DNA from: Dictyostelium discoideum
Taxonomy: Eukaryota
Length of the DNA: 64,000 nucleotides
NCBI GenBank assembly: GCA_000004695.1
Contig: CM000151.3
Location: forward strand, 3,296,001-3,360,000
Direction of reading: 5' to 3'
How positions within the stretch are numbered: position 1 is the stretch's first letter; each line of letters opens with the position of its first letter. Under the pieces are notes generated by a model, which searched no databases, was not told the origin of the DNA, and worked only from the letters and a program-made list of their open reading frames with translations. A program made the translations under genes and the position numbers. Below are positions 26,227-38,722 of this stretch, piece after piece.

Positions 26227-27747
26227 TGACAATTTACTGTTGATAAAAATCTTTTAAACTTAAACTATTATATTCTCTTTTTGGTTTTAAAGCATCCCAA
26301 AATGGTAAATCCATTGCTTCTGGCCAATTATTTGCATTTGGTGAACCACAAACTTGATAAATTTTATCTAATTGATCGATTGAATTCCTACCAGGAAAGA
26401 GGGTTTTCTTTGATAATAGTTCAGCCATAATGCAACCAACAGACCACATATCAATCTCTGGACCATAATGAAAGGTGCCCAATAAAAGTTCAGGTGGTCT
26501 ATACCAAAGGGTGATGACACGATTGGTTAGAATTTGTTTTTTCTCACTCGAATTGAATGGTCTTGCAAGACCAAAATCTGCCAACTTCAAAATACCATTA
26601 TTATCAAGTAACAAATTTGACCCTTTAATATCTCTATGTAAAACGTTATTACGATGACAATAATCTAAACCCTCCAACAACTGTTTTAAATAACATTTAA
26701 TTTGACCTGGTGCAAAATATTTAAATGCTGGTGAATCCATTAACCCATTTAAATCATGATCCATATATTCAAATACCATATAAACACTACCCTTATGATT
26801 ATTGGATGCACTTGCTTTAGAAGTTACAACCTCCTTTAAATTTACAACATTTGCATGATTTAATTCTTTTAAAATTTTAATTTCTCTAATTGCTGTAATT
26901 GGAAACTTAAAAAAAAAAATTATATTTAATAAATAATATAAAATTAATATTATAAATTATATATACACACACATATATATATATTTTTTATTTATTTACT
27001 TACTCCTTCAACTTCATTATCCATAATAACTTTTTTTAACGCAACAATATCACCATTTGATTTATTTTTTGCTTTATAAACTTGACCAAATGTACCTTCA
27101 CCAATTTGTTCTATTTTTTCATGAGAATCAACACTTCTTGAACCCCAAACACTATCACTATTATTATATCGAATATTATCCATATTTGAAACTGAATTTA
27201 TTATACCTGTTAACATTGCCGTCGTAATTACTGTTCCATGTATGGTCGGTGCTTTATTTATTGGATTTGGATTTGGGTTTGGATTTGGGTTTGGATTTGG
27301 ATTTGGGTTTGGGTTTGAATTTATTGTTGAGGATGAAGATGTTGTTGATTCCTCTTTATGAGTTGACCCATTTTGTGGTAAATTATTATTATTATTATTA
27401 TTACTACTACTATTACTATTATTATTAATATTATTATTAATATTATTATTATTATTAATATTATTATTAATATTATTATTATTATTATTAATAATATTAT
27501 TACCACTACTATTATTATTAGTTGTAGATTCTCTGCTATTATTATTATTATTATTATTATTATTGTTACTATTATTACTATTATTATTATTATTATTATT
27601 ATTTATATTAGGTTTTTCAATAATTTCTTCTTTTATTGTTGTAGATTCTTCTTTTATTGCTTCATGTTGTTGTTTTTCTAAAATTTCTTCTTTTTTTATA
27701 TTTTCGGTTGTATTATTTTCTATGTTGTTGTTTGTTGTAGTGTCCAT
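25422..27747 (-). CDS. CDK9-like cyclin-dependent kinase (P-TEFb catalytic subunit-like) with 3 exons: 27004-27747, 26238-26905 and 25422-26093. It has an N-terminal poly-N/(NP)n tract and a C-terminal Q/N-rich tail.
   Basis: Kinase signatures are [28 protein letters not shown] and [22 protein letters not shown] and [11 protein letters not shown] closely match human CDK9 ([28 protein letters not shown]). Splice sites were derived by hand. Confidence 0.8.
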
Positions 27748-28540
27748 AATAATAATAATAATAAAAACTCTTTCTTCTTAATTTTCTACATACACCATAC
27801 AAAAACTCATATAAAAAATAAAAAAAAAATTAAAAAAAAAAATAAAAAAATTAAAAAAAAAAAAATTAAAAAAATTAAAAAAAAAAAATAAGAAAAAATT
27901 AAAAAAAAAAAAATGAAAATAAAAAAAGTTCCAAAGTATTCAAATAAAATAAACTTTCAAAAAAAAATCCTTACTTAATTATCCCTTTTTTTTTTTTAAA
28001 AAAAAACATTTTATTTTTTTTTTATAATATATTTATATAAAAAAAAAGGACTTCCTAAAACTTTGTTTGATTTATTTTCTTTAGAATATATTCTTTTGTA
28101 AATTTGACCAATTTTTTATCAAGATTATAGAAATAATTGAAAGCAAGAAAAAAACTAAATAAATAAAAAAAATAAAAAAAAGAAATAAAAAATGAAAAAT
28201 TAAATAAATAAATAAATTAATAAATAAAAATAAATAAATTTTAAAATAAAAATAAATAAAAAAATATAATAAAATAAATAAATAAAAAAAAAGAGAGAGA
28301 AGAGATAAAATGTGTTAAATAATATATTATTTTTTTATTTATTTTTTAAAAGTTAGTAATACAATTTTTTGACATAACAATTAATTGTTTTTTTTTTTTT
28401 ATTGGCGAAGAGAAGAGAAAATGAGGGGACAGGGGGAAGGGGGTGTGGTTATTATTATAATTATTATTATTTACTATTTTTATTAAAAAAAAAAAAAAAA
28501 CCTTAAAAGAAAAATAAAAAAAAAAAAATAAAGTTATTTA

Positions 28541-28541
28541 T

Positions 28542-28592
<51 letters not shown>
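28541..28592. repeat. (GATT)13 tetranucleotide microsatellite.
   Basis: The run tgattgattgattg... is perfect. Confidence 0.9.
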
Positions 28593-28595
<3 letters not shown>

Positions 28596-28667
28596 TTTTT
28601 TTTTTTTTTTTTTTATATGTAGGAGTTATGTATATATATATGTGAGTGTTATTTTTTTTTTTTTTTT

Positions 28668-31600
28668 TTAACTTGTACTTGATAAATTACAAAATAAAGT
28701 TGAAGGTAAATAATTTGTTACAAAAGAAAAGAAATTTTGCATACCACCCCAACTACTAGTATTGGTAGATTCTTTACCAGTGACCATCTCTTTATTCTTA
28801 TCCAATTGGCTAGAGAGTTGTTTTTCCAATGTTTTAGAATGTTGTCTTTCCTCTTGTAATAATTTTTGTAAACGCTGTAATTCCAATGAACTATTCTTTT
28901 TAAATTCTTCCAATGCTTTCTCTGCCTCTGTAATTAACATTTGTGCTGATTCATTTTGTTCCTCCATTTCTGATGTATGTAATCTAATAATATCTGATTT
29001 CTTTAATCTTCTAATACTACCCACATTAAATTGATCCTGTATTAATTGACTTGATGTTAAACCATTACCACCTATATTATTAAAACTATTACTGCTAATT
29101 GTATTATAACCTAAATTACTATTACTATTGCTATTACTATTGCTATTTCCTGCTATATTTGTCGATGATGATGATGATGTGTTATTATTATTATTATTAT
29201 TATTATTTAATGGAGAATTAACGGTATTGGATGTAGTGGTAGTAGTTGTAGTTGTTGTTGTAATAGGATTATTTAAACTAAATGGTGATAATAAAGCAGC
29301 AGCAGTACTTGTTGAAGGAGTTGATGAATAAATTGGTGCTGATGATGGAGCTGTTGTTGTTGTTGTAGATTTAATTGATGGTGATGAAGTTCTAATATAA
29401 TTTGGTGAAAATAATGATTTAATAGATTGTTCCTTTGATGGTGTTGCATTTAATGAAATTGATAAATTACCACTACTAATTTGATTTGGTAATGGTGGAG
29501 TCATTGGTGACATCATTTGAATTGGTTGTGGTCCATCTGAAACTTTTGAAATTAATTGTGAAATTGGTGGTGACGATAATAATGTTGGTGAATCAAATGA
29601 TTGATTATGTGATGGAGAATCAAAAGAACCCTCAGATGGTAATTGATAATCGAATCCACTTAATTGTTTCTTTAAAGAATCTAATTCTGATGAACCATCA
29701 TCATTATCATTATTATCATTATCATTATTGTTATTATCATAATTTATTGAATTTTGTTGTGATAATGGTGGAGTAGTAGTACCCTGTTGTTGTTTATTTA
29801 ATTCTTCAAATTCAGATTGTAAAGATTGTGGTGAATTTGTACCACTTGTGTAATAATATGGTTGTTGATATTGTTTTTCTTGTTTTTCTTGTAATTGTAA
29901 TTGTTGTTGTTTTAAAAACATTGAGAAATTATTATTTGCATGAATGGTTGAATATTTATCGATTTCGAATTTATCTGATTTTTGTCTACTTAGGACTTGT
30001 TTTGCTCTATCAATTGTTGGTTTTATTCTTTTACTTGTGAAATTAATTGAACCACCAGCACCACTTGGTGAATTTGTGCCACTACCTCCGCCGCCGCCTT
30101 CTTGTAGGGTGTCATCACTGAATGTTACCATCATTGATAATTTATTATTAATATTTTGTTGTGTTTTTAATAAAAGTTTTAATTTTTTAAGTTCCAATTC
30201 TTTCAATACATTCGATTCCATTGCTTCACGTAATCTATCTTTTTCTTGATCGATACTTTCACGTAACAATTCTTCATTCAAAGTTAATTTTGATAATTGA
30301 TTTTTTAAATTTTGATTTTGTACCATTAAATCTTTATTAGCGTCTCTCATACCATCGACGAATCTAGCCTCCTTTCTAAGCTTATCAATTTCTTGATCTT
30401 TTTTCTTTAATGTTGAGTCTTGAATTTGTCTAGATTTCTCCAACATTGATAACTCACTTTGATATGACTCAACTTCTTTCTCTAAAATTTTATATGAATC
30501 TTGAAGTTGATCAACAATTTGTGTATTCTTTGAATTCCATTGACTAATATTATTAGTTGATGTATTATTGATATTGGTATTACTATTACTATTAGTATTA
30601 TTATTATTATTAATTTTAACATTTGGTGGACTTGTATTACCACTACCACGTGAATTTATATTAAATTGATTTTCTTTTTTTTCATTATTATATCGCTGTT
30701 GTTGTAGATTTTCCTCACCATCATCATTATAAGTTAACTTTGGTGACATTGGATGATTTAAACCACCAAAACTTGATAAAAATAAATTTGCATCAATACA
30801 ATCATCTTTATCAGTTGGTAAATCATGTAAATGCATTAATAACTTTTGTTTTGGTATTTCTTTACCATAATTTAATTTTGTAATTAACTGATTAAATTGC
30901 TCAAATGTTACCATTGGTTTCGCTGTAAATAATCTATTAAATTTATTTGATGATCCACCACCACCACTTTTTGATGGACTATTATTTAAATGTGAAAATA
31001 CCATATTACTACCACCACCACCGCTGTTTGGTGAATCATTATTATTTAGTGAATTATTACCACCAGAAATTAATGGTGATAAAAATTTTGGTGTGATATT
31101 ATACTTTTTCAATAAGTCAATTGGTACCTTAAATTTTGGTAATTTTAATTTCTCAATTTGTTTCTCACGTAATTTTTTTGGATCTTCACCATCCATATAA
31201 CTTGCCATAGATTCTAAAAATGATTGAAGATCAACAAATGTATTATCTTCTTCAATTTGTTTCTTTTCATTTAATATTAAATCTTCAAATGATGAATCAT
31301 CTTCAAAATCACTACCACCTGTATTTTCTTGATCATCACCCTCTTGTTGTTCGTCTTCATTTTCGTCTTCGTCATCATCATTTTTTGGTTGTTCAGCTCT
31401 ATGAACAATTCTTAAAAAATTTAATAATTTACCAATTAATGGATTGGTTTCACTTGATTCACCAGTTAATGATTCAATCTCTTGTCTTAATTGTGTTATT
31501 GATATAATTCCATTCTCTTCAGTATCAATAGTTTTAAAAACCTGTTCCATTTGATTTATAAAATCTCCACCTGGTGATGCTCCAATATTATTTGATGATG

Positions 31601-31700
31601 ATCCAATTCCACCAAAACTACCACTTAAATTTTGATTCAATTGAATTTCATCCATTAATTCTTTTTCTTCATCATCTGATGATGAATTTGTTGAATACAT
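28668..31700 (-). CDS. Large coiled-coil protein (1010 aa) with an acidic, EF-hand-like N-terminal segment and S/T/N-rich low-complexity regions. No family assigned.
   Basis: It is a single uninterrupted ORF. The N-terminal TIDTEENGIISITQLRQEIESL is EF-hand-like. The central part is predicted heptad-rich (QLQDSYKILEKEVESYQSELSMLEKSRQIQD...KLRKEARF...). It lies in a coding-type GC island. Confidence 0.55.
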   Translation of the reverse strand: MYSTNSSSDDEEKELMDEIQLNQNLSGSFGGIGSSSNNIGASPGGDFINQMEQVFKTIDTEENGIISITQLRQEIESLTGESSETNPLIGKLLNFLRIVHRAEQPKNDDDEDENEDEQQEGDDQENTGGSDFEDDSSFEDLILNEKKQIEEDNTFVDLQSFLESMASYMDGEDPKKLREKQIEKLKLPKFKVPIDLLKKYNITPKFLSPLISGGNNSLNNNDSPNSGGGGSNMVFSHLNNSPSKSGGGGSSNKFNRLFTAKPMVTFEQFNQLITKLNYGKEIPKQKLLMHLHDLPTDKDDCIDANLFLSSFGGLNHPMSPKLTYNDDGEENLQQQRYNNEKKENQFNINSRGSGNTSPPNVKINNNNNTNSNSNTNINNTSTNNISQWNSKNTQIVDQLQDSYKILEKEVESYQSELSMLEKSRQIQDSTLKKKDQEIDKLRKEARFVDGMRDANKDLMVQNQNLKNQLSKLTLNEELLRESIDQEKDRLREAMESNVLKELELKKLKLLLKTQQNINNKLSMMVTFSDDTLQEGGGGGSGTNSPSGAGGSINFTSKRIKPTIDRAKQVLSRQKSDKFEIDKYSTIHANNNFSMFLKQQQLQLQEKQEKQYQQPYYYTSGTNSPQSLQSEFEELNKQQQGTTTPPLSQQNSINYDNNNNDNDNNDNDDGSSELDSLKKQLSGFDYQLPSEGSFDSPSHNQSFDSPTLLSSPPISQLISKVSDGPQPIQMMSPMTPPLPNQISSGNLSISLNATPSKEQSIKSLFSPNYIRTSSPSIKSTTTTTAPSSAPIYSSTPSTSTAAALLSPFSLNNPITTTTTTTTTTSNTVNSPLNNNNNNNNNTSSSSSTNIAGNSNSNSNSNSNLGYNTISSNSFNNIGGNGLTSSQLIQDQFNVGSIRRLKKSDIIRLHTSEMEEQNESAQMLITEAEKALEEFKKNSSLELQRLQKLLQEERQHSKTLEKQLSSQLDKNKEMVTGKESTNTSSWGGMQNFFSFVTNYLPSTLFCNLSSTS

Positions 31701-32076
31701 TTTATTTTTTTTTTTTTTTTTTTTATAATCGTAGTTGCCTGATAAACTTTTTTTTTTTTATTTTAATAATTTAAAAAAAAAAAAAATATGGAATGAAATG
31801 AAAAAAAAAAAAAAAAAATGAAAAAAAATATATATATTTACAAAAGTGATTATTATCACTCTCTATAAGAAATTAATTGTTTATTATTATAAAGAAAGGA
31901 AAAAAAAAAAAAATGTTAATAATTAATTTTTATTGATATTTGAATTTATTATAAAGAAATGAATGATAAAGAAATTACTAATAATAATAATAATAATAAT
32001 AATAAATTAAAAAAAAAAAAAAAAAAATTAAAAAAAAAAACAAAAAAACAAAAATAGAAATTTGAATAATAAAATA

Positions 32077-32112
<36 letters not shown>

Positions 32113-32679
32113 CAACACAAAAAACGCAACACACAAACACACTCACAGAAAAAAAAAGTAGTAAGAGTGGGTGAATGTTTGATATGTATTCTCTCTATGT
32201 GAGAAAGAGTGGTGGTGGTGGTGGTATGTATGTGTGAATGTGTGTGACAATTATTTTTATTATTATAACTACTATCAATATACCTATCATATCACATATT
32301 AATTAAAAAAAACACATTATGATGAGATAAAATGAGTTTTGGTTTATTTTTTTTTTTTTTTTTTTTTAATATTATTTATTTTTTATTTTACTATGTGTGG
32401 TAATGTGACATAAATTGCAATTTTGAAAACAAAAAAATAAAAAAATAAAAAAAAAAAATCACATCAAGATATCTAAAAATGGCTAAAAATTTGAGATTGT
32501 GTGTTGGTTTTTTTATTTTATTTAACTTCCAAAAATGACTAAAAATTTGATTTGAAAATAGATTATTATTGATAATATTGTATTAATTTAACAACAATGG
32601 TGATTGTTTTTAAAATTTATTACTGACCTTTTTTTTTTTATTTTATATTTATGATAATATGTGTTTGGAAAGAAAAAAA

Positions 32680-32716
<37 letters not shown>

Positions 32717-33086
32717 AACAAAAAAAAAAAAAAAAAAATTACAACGAGGGGAAATTAAATAATAAAAAAAAAAAAAATGGACTTTGGAAAAAAAAAAAAA
32801 AAAAAAAATAAAAAAAAAAAAAAAAAATTAAAAAAAAATATAATTTAAATAATTTTAATACAATACCAGCGGGTCGATTAGATTTTATGTTTTGACCAGC
32901 AGTACAATAGTGAAATAATTATAATTTTTATATAAAAACAATTTTTTTTTTTTTTAAATTTTATCAACAAAAAAATAAAATAAAAATTAAAATTAAATAA
33001 AATAAAAAATTACAACCGTTTTTTTTTTTTTTTTTAAATTTTTTAAAAAATTTCCAAAAAATTCTTTTTTTTTTTTTTTTATTTTT

Positions 33087-33124
<38 letters not shown>

Positions 33125-33318
33125 GATTGAACATCTGTAAAACACATAAAAAAACAAAAAAAGTTTAGATATTTTCAATTAATTAATTAAAAAAAGAAAT
33201 TTTGTAATATTCAATCTTTTTAAAAATAATTTTAATTTAATTTATACAAATTATCGACATTTTTTTTTTTTTTTTTTTTTTTTTCTGAATAAAATAAAAT
33301 ATCAAATATAAAGGAAAA

Positions 33319-34888
33319 ATGTCTAAAAATGGTACAACTGGTAATAAAAAAAAGAAAACGAAATTATCGACAGCAGCAACAATTGCAGCAAATATAGCAA
33401 AAGCGAATGCAACATTAAATAATAATAATAATAGTAACAATAATAGTAATAATACAAATATAGGTAATTCAATTAATGGTATACCATCATCATTACCACC
33501 ATCGGTTACATTACCAGTTGAGGAATTAATTTCATTTGCACCAGAATGTTTACTATTTTCACAATTATTAGAATTTGAAGAGAAATTAGATGCATCAATC
33601 AATAAAAGATTAATTGATATTCAAGAAGCGTCAAGAAGAAACAGTATTAAAAACATTCGTACACTTCGTTTATCAATCTATAACACATACTCCAACCAAT
33701 CTGCATACTATCATTTAGATAATAAATCATTAAATTCCGTTCAAGAAAGACCATCATGGTCATTACGTGTTGAAGGTAAATTATTGGATGAATCTCAAGA
33801 TGAACTTGTAAATAAATCAATTAAATCCTCATCATCATCCTCCTCAACAGCAAATAAAAGAAAGTTTTCATCATTTTTTAAAAAGGTTTTCATTCAAATT
33901 GGTCATAGAGATACTTGTGAATGGGATAAATCTCAAACTTTTACTGAAACTGATGGTTTTGAAATTAAAAGAAATGGTAACCAAGAAGTTGATATTAAAG
34001 TATGTGTGATCACAATATCCTATACATACTATATAAATTTCAATATACATGTACTTACTTTTTTTATAATCTATATAGATTTTAATGTATTTAGATCACG
34101 TACCACAAAAATATAAAGTATTAGGTGGACTTTCTCAATTATTAAATATTCACACAGATACCAAACCAAGAATCATTTTAGCATTATGGCATTACATTAA
34201 ATCAAATACATTATTAGATGCAGAAACAAAGAAAATTACTTGTGATGAAAATTTAAAAAATGTAAAAAAAAAAAAAAAAAAAATATTTATTAAACTACCT
34301 ACCCCGTCTCCCCCCTTTCTACCCCCTTTTCCTTTTTTTCCACCCCCACATAAAATATATTAATATTTTTTTTATTTTTTTTTTAGATATTTAGTTTAGA
34401 AGAATTACAATTTAATCAAATACCACAATTATTAAGAGAACATTTATCACCACCTGATCCATTAGAATTTCAATATACATTACATTTATCAGGAGATGCA
34501 AAAGATTATGAACAAGCATATGATATTCAAGTTGAAGTTGATGAACCAATCTTTAATCCAAATCCAACAATGAGAAAAGAGATTTCACAATTGAATGATG
34601 AAATTAATCATCATATTCAAAAAGTTTATCAACATAAGAGAAAACGTGAATTCATGGAAAAATTATCATCTGATCCATTAGGTTTCTTAAATGATACAAC
34701 AGCAAATTTAGTAAAAGATTTCCAAGTTTCAAAATCAACAACTTCAACTGGTTTCGAAGAGGAAAGACATGCTTCTTTCTATTATCAACCAATGACTGAA
34801 GAACTTGTAAAAAATTATCTTTCAAAACAAACCACTCCAAATCCAACTCCACAACAAATTTCAATGGCTCCTTCAACTCCTCAAACTC

Positions 34889-34893
<5 letters not shown>
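33319..34893 (+). CDS. SWI/SNF BAF60 (SMARCD/Snf12-like) subunit with a SWIB/MDM2 domain. It has 3 exons: 33319-33999, 34079-34261 and 34387-34893.
   Basis: The SWIB domain reads LSQLLNIHTDTKPRIILALWHYIKSNTLLDAETKKITCDENLKN|IFSLEELQFNQIPQLLREHL. The BAF60 equivalent is [30 protein letters not shown]...ICDKYLQQIF...IPQRL. Introns are gtatgt...tatag and gtaaaa...tttag, and frames were verified. Confidence 0.8.
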
Positions 34894-34924
<31 letters not shown>

Positions 34925-35133
34925 ATAATAAAAAATAAATAAAATTAGATCATTATTCATTAAAAGAGCAACAAGACAATTATTTTTTTTATTTCGAAGG
35001 AAATTAAATAAATAATATTATTTACTGAGAAATAAATATTAGTTTATTCCCATTTTATTTATTTATTTATTTATTTTATTATATCTATACATATATTATT
35101 TATTTATTTATTATATTTATTTATTTTATTATT

Positions 35134-35419
35134 TTAATCATTTGAAATTTTATAGGCAACCATACTTTCAACTTTATGAATTGTTGTTGTAAAAGATCTA
35201 AGTTTAACTTGTTGTGAATTTGTTATGAATTTTGGATCAGATTCTTCCCATTTTTGAGGTACTGCTAAATCTTTACTTGTATATACTAATAAATCAAATG
35301 TACATGCATTTGGTAAAAGTGGTAAAAATGTAACACTTGCTGTAATTTGTCTAATAATTGCTTGAATTTCATTCATTATCTCTTTTTCTGGTTTTTGTCT
35401 TGGTGCTCTAAATAAATAA

Positions 35420-35458
<39 letters not shown>

Positions 35459-35820
35459 ATTATTATTTTATATTTATAAATATTAAAAAAAAAAAAAAAG
35501 AATAACCATACTCTCCTTCTTTTGGAATATCAGTTGTAACATCGAATACCCATCTTTCTAAAACCTCTTTTGTAACGATATCAGTGATTACTAAAACCAA
35601 TTTTTGAACATCACCACTTAATAACCATTCTGATAATTGTTTTAATACATTATCTAAATAATCTTTTAATGATTGATCATTAGTTACCAATATTGGTAAT
35701 CCATATTTTGCAACTCTTGTAAATGATTCTGGTGGATATAATCCTCTTTGAAATAGAATTGTATTTATACTATATGCTATTTATATATTTATAAATTTAT
35801 ATTTTTTTTTTAATTAGTAT

Positions 35821-35865
<45 letters not shown>

Positions 35866-35943
35866 CTTACAAAAAAATTCAGTTACAATCTCTGTTGAAC
35901 CTTTTAATGAAATATTTGTTTTAGATGCTACTGCAGCTTGCAT
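35134..35943 (-). CDS. mad2l1: Mitotic spindle-assembly checkpoint protein MAD2 (HORMA domain) with 3 exons: 35871-35943, 35512-35776 and 35134-35406.
   Basis: The assembled protein is MQAAVASKTNISLKGSTEIVTEFF|SYSINTILFQRGLYPPESFTRVAKYGLPILVTNDQSLKDYLDNVLKQLSEWLLSGDVQKLVLVITDIVTKEVLERWVFDVTTDIPKEGE|APRQKPEKEIMNEIQAIIRQITASVTFLPLL...RSFTTTIHKVESMVAYKISND. It is collinear with human MAD2L1 along its whole length. Confidence 0.85.
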
Positions 35944-36121
35944 TTTATTATATTTGTTTTGAATAGTTGATAAAACCAAACCTAAAAAAAAATAAAAAAT
36001 AAAAAAATGAAAAAAATAAAAAATTCAATTTAAAACCCACGAATCTAAAAAATTACAAAAAAAAAAGGAGGGAAAAATTTAAATTTTGGTGTGTATATAA
36101 GTTTTTAAATATATTTTATTA

Positions 36122-37552
36122 TTACAGTGAGGATTGAGGTAATTCAATTGGTGAATGTAAAGTTGGATGTGTCATTTTCTCTTGTTTATCAGCATAACTA
36201 AATATTGAATCTTTTTCTTCTTGAGCTTTATCTTGTTGTTGTCCCTTATTGTTAATTGTTGTTGATGATGTTGTTGTTTTAATTGGGCATGGTGAAGCAA
36301 CTTCATTTTTTAAAATAATAGCAGGTGGAGTTTCAGGTATAGGTAAAGTTGAAGAGATTAAAGGTGATGAAGGTGAAGAATTTGAAAGTGGATCAGATAC
36401 ATCTAATTGTAATTTCTTTGATAATGGGATTCCAGTATTATTATTATTAATATTTAAAGTTTGTTGTTGTTGTTTTTTAAGTTTTTCTTGTTTTTCCCAT
36501 TCTAAAGTTAAGTGTTGTTGATAATCTTTTAATTGTTTAACGAAACCGAAATTTGGATTAATACAAGATCTCTTTTGTTTACAAAAAGTGAAAGCATCTG
36601 AATAGGTCATATGATCTTCTTTCATTAAGTATGCTAATACCACAGTTGTTGATCTACTAATACCCATTGCGCAGTGTATTAAAACTCTACCACCTTGTTT
36701 CTTACAATCATTAATGAATTGAATAACTGGTTCAAAGTGTTCGTAAATGTTTGCTTTTGGTCTGTCGTCCAAGTTTGCTCTATAATATTTATAAAGGTGA
36801 GGATAAACATCATCCAATTCACCTGCCATATTAACTAAATGAGTTATCTTTAAATTTATCAATTGTTGTCTATTACCTGCATTCTCAGCACCACCTAAAT
36901 ATAAAAAATCTTTAATAATTTCTGATGGATATAATTGTGATCCACCACCACCGCCACTACTTGAAGAAGGAGAAGAAGAAGGATTACACATGAATGAATA
37001 ATCTTTTTGAAATTGATCAAAACCACCTTGATAAATTATAACTTTAGTTTTCTTTTTTTTTAATAGGAAATGTCTAAGTACTACTTTATCCCAATCCGAT
37101 ACCTTTAAAGATTTGATTATATCTTGATCACTACCAATACTATTTGAGGTTGTTGTAGTAGTAGTAGTAGTAGTAGCAGTAGTAGTAATTGTTGTTGTTG
37201 ATATGGTTTTCTCCAATTCATCAATATTATAAAGGAATGGTTTGTCGCTGTATACTATAAGTTTTTGAAATATTAAATTCCAATGCTTTGCAGTCACATT
37301 GGACCCAATATATTTACTAAGATTGAATTCTTTAATTTCACCATTTTCATAGAGTGGTGTTGTTGATGGTGGTGGTGGTATATTGACAGATGTTCTAATA
37401 TGATTCTTTTCATATTGTTCTTTAGTTCTTAAATCGATTATAATCTTACTAGATCCTATATCTTGTAATAAATTATAAACATCCATTGAATTAACATGAT
37501 ATAATAATGGTAGTTCTTCTGGTTGTATATTAACTCTATTTATTAAAACCAT
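36122..37552 (-). CDS. MAP-kinase-phosphatase-like dual-specificity phosphatase with an N-terminal rhodanese domain and a C-terminal DUSP domain.
   Basis: It is 476 aa. The catalytic loop is VLIHCAMGISRSTTVVLAYLM (HCxxGxxRS). The upstream region is rhodanese-like (IIDLRTKEQYEKNHIRTSVNIP ... VIIYQGG), and poly-T/S linkers are present. Confidence 0.75.
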   Translation of the reverse strand: MVLINRVNIQPEELPLLYHVNSMDVYNLLQDIGSSKIIIDLRTKEQYEKNHIRTSVNIPPPPSTTPLYENGEIKEFNLSKYIGSNVTAKHWNLIFQKLIVYSDKPFLYNIDELEKTISTTTITTTATTTTTTTTTSNSIGSDQDIIKSLKVSDWDKVVLRHFLLKKKKTKVIIYQGGFDQFQKDYSFMCNPSSSPSSSSGGGGGSQLYPSEIIKDFLYLGGAENAGNRQQLINLKITHLVNMAGELDDVYPHLYKYYRANLDDRPKANIYEHFEPVIQFINDCKKQGGRVLIHCAMGISRSTTVVLAYLMKEDHMTYSDAFTFCKQKRSCINPNFGFVKQLKDYQQHLTLEWEKQEKLKKQQQQTLNINNNNTGIPLSKKLQLDVSDPLSNSSPSSPLISSTLPIPETPPAIILKNEVASPCPIKTTTSSTTINNKGQQQDKAQEEKDSIFSYADKQEKMTHPTLHSPIELPQSSL

Positions 37553-38562
37553 TTTTTTTATTATTTTATTATTTTTTTTTATTATTTTATTATTTTTATT
37601 ATTATTTTATTATTACTATTATTATTATTATTATTATTACTATTATTGTTGTTGTTGTTGCTAATTGATGTTACAATAAATAAAATTTTATTTATTTATT
37701 TATTAAGAATAAATAATTTATACTATTAATTAATAGTATGACGCAAAAAGAAAAAACGATTTAATATATAATTTTTATAAAAAAAAAAAAAAAATTTAAA
37801 TGCAATTTTTTTTTTTTAATTTTTTATTTTTTTTTTATTTTTTTTTTTATTTTTTTTTTTTCAAACAGAATTTTCAAAGATTTCACAACAAATTTGAAAT
37901 GAAATTTAAACACCATTAACAAATAATTATTGCTTTTCAAAAAAAAATTCATTGAATGAAGTAAAGGTAATCACAGTTTTTATTATTTTTATTATTATTT
38001 TTTTTTATTATTTTTCTAACATATATATTTTTTTTTATTATAAAAATAAACGTGGTTGGTGGTCTCTTTATTTTGAGAATTGGATTAAAAAAAATAAAAA
38101 AATAAAAAATAAAAAAAATAAAAATAAAAATGAACATCCAGGATTACTAAATTTTTTTTTTAAAAATAACAAATAAAATTTTTTATAAAACTTTTTATTA
38201 TTTGGAATTTATATCTTTCTCCAATTTTTTTTTTTTTTTTTTTTTATTATTTTAATATCTTTTCAAATCATCAAAATTATTTCCAAATAATACATAAAAA
38301 AAAAAAAGATAAATTATTTCAAAAGTTTTTGTAATTTATTTGTATTTAAATGATTTTTTTTTTTTTTTTTTTAATGATAAAAATATAATTTGTAAAATGA
38401 TTATTGTGTGTCCCAACAAAAATAGAAAAATAATTGTGAAAAGTGTGGAAAAAAATAAAAATAAAAATAGTTTTAAGATATTTTGGTTAAAAAAAAAATG
38501 GGTTTTCGTTTGGGAAAATGAAAAAAAAAAAGAAAATGATTTTTTTTTTTTGATTTTATTTT

Positions 38563-38640
38563 ATTTTATTTTATTTTATTTTATTTTATTTTATTTTATT
38601 TTATTTTATTTTATTTATTTTATTTTATTTTATTTTATTT
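38563..38640. repeat. (ATTTT)n pentanucleotide microsatellite. Similar runs occur at 48530-48577 and 58500-58560.
   Basis: There are direct repeats of ttttattttattttatttt. Confidence 0.85.
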
Positions 38641-38722
38641 TAAAACCAACTTTTTTTTTTTTTTTTTTTTTTTTATTTAATTTTATTTTACTTTATTTTA
38701 CTTTATTTTTTAACAAATAAAA

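Noticed and set aside
29128-31507. Multiple plus-strand ORFs (29128-29331, 29486-29776, 29828-30249, 31220-31507) opposite the 1010-aa coiled-coil gene.
   Set aside because: They are antisense, low-complexity (poly-V/L/H) translations of Asn/Ser-rich coding sequence.
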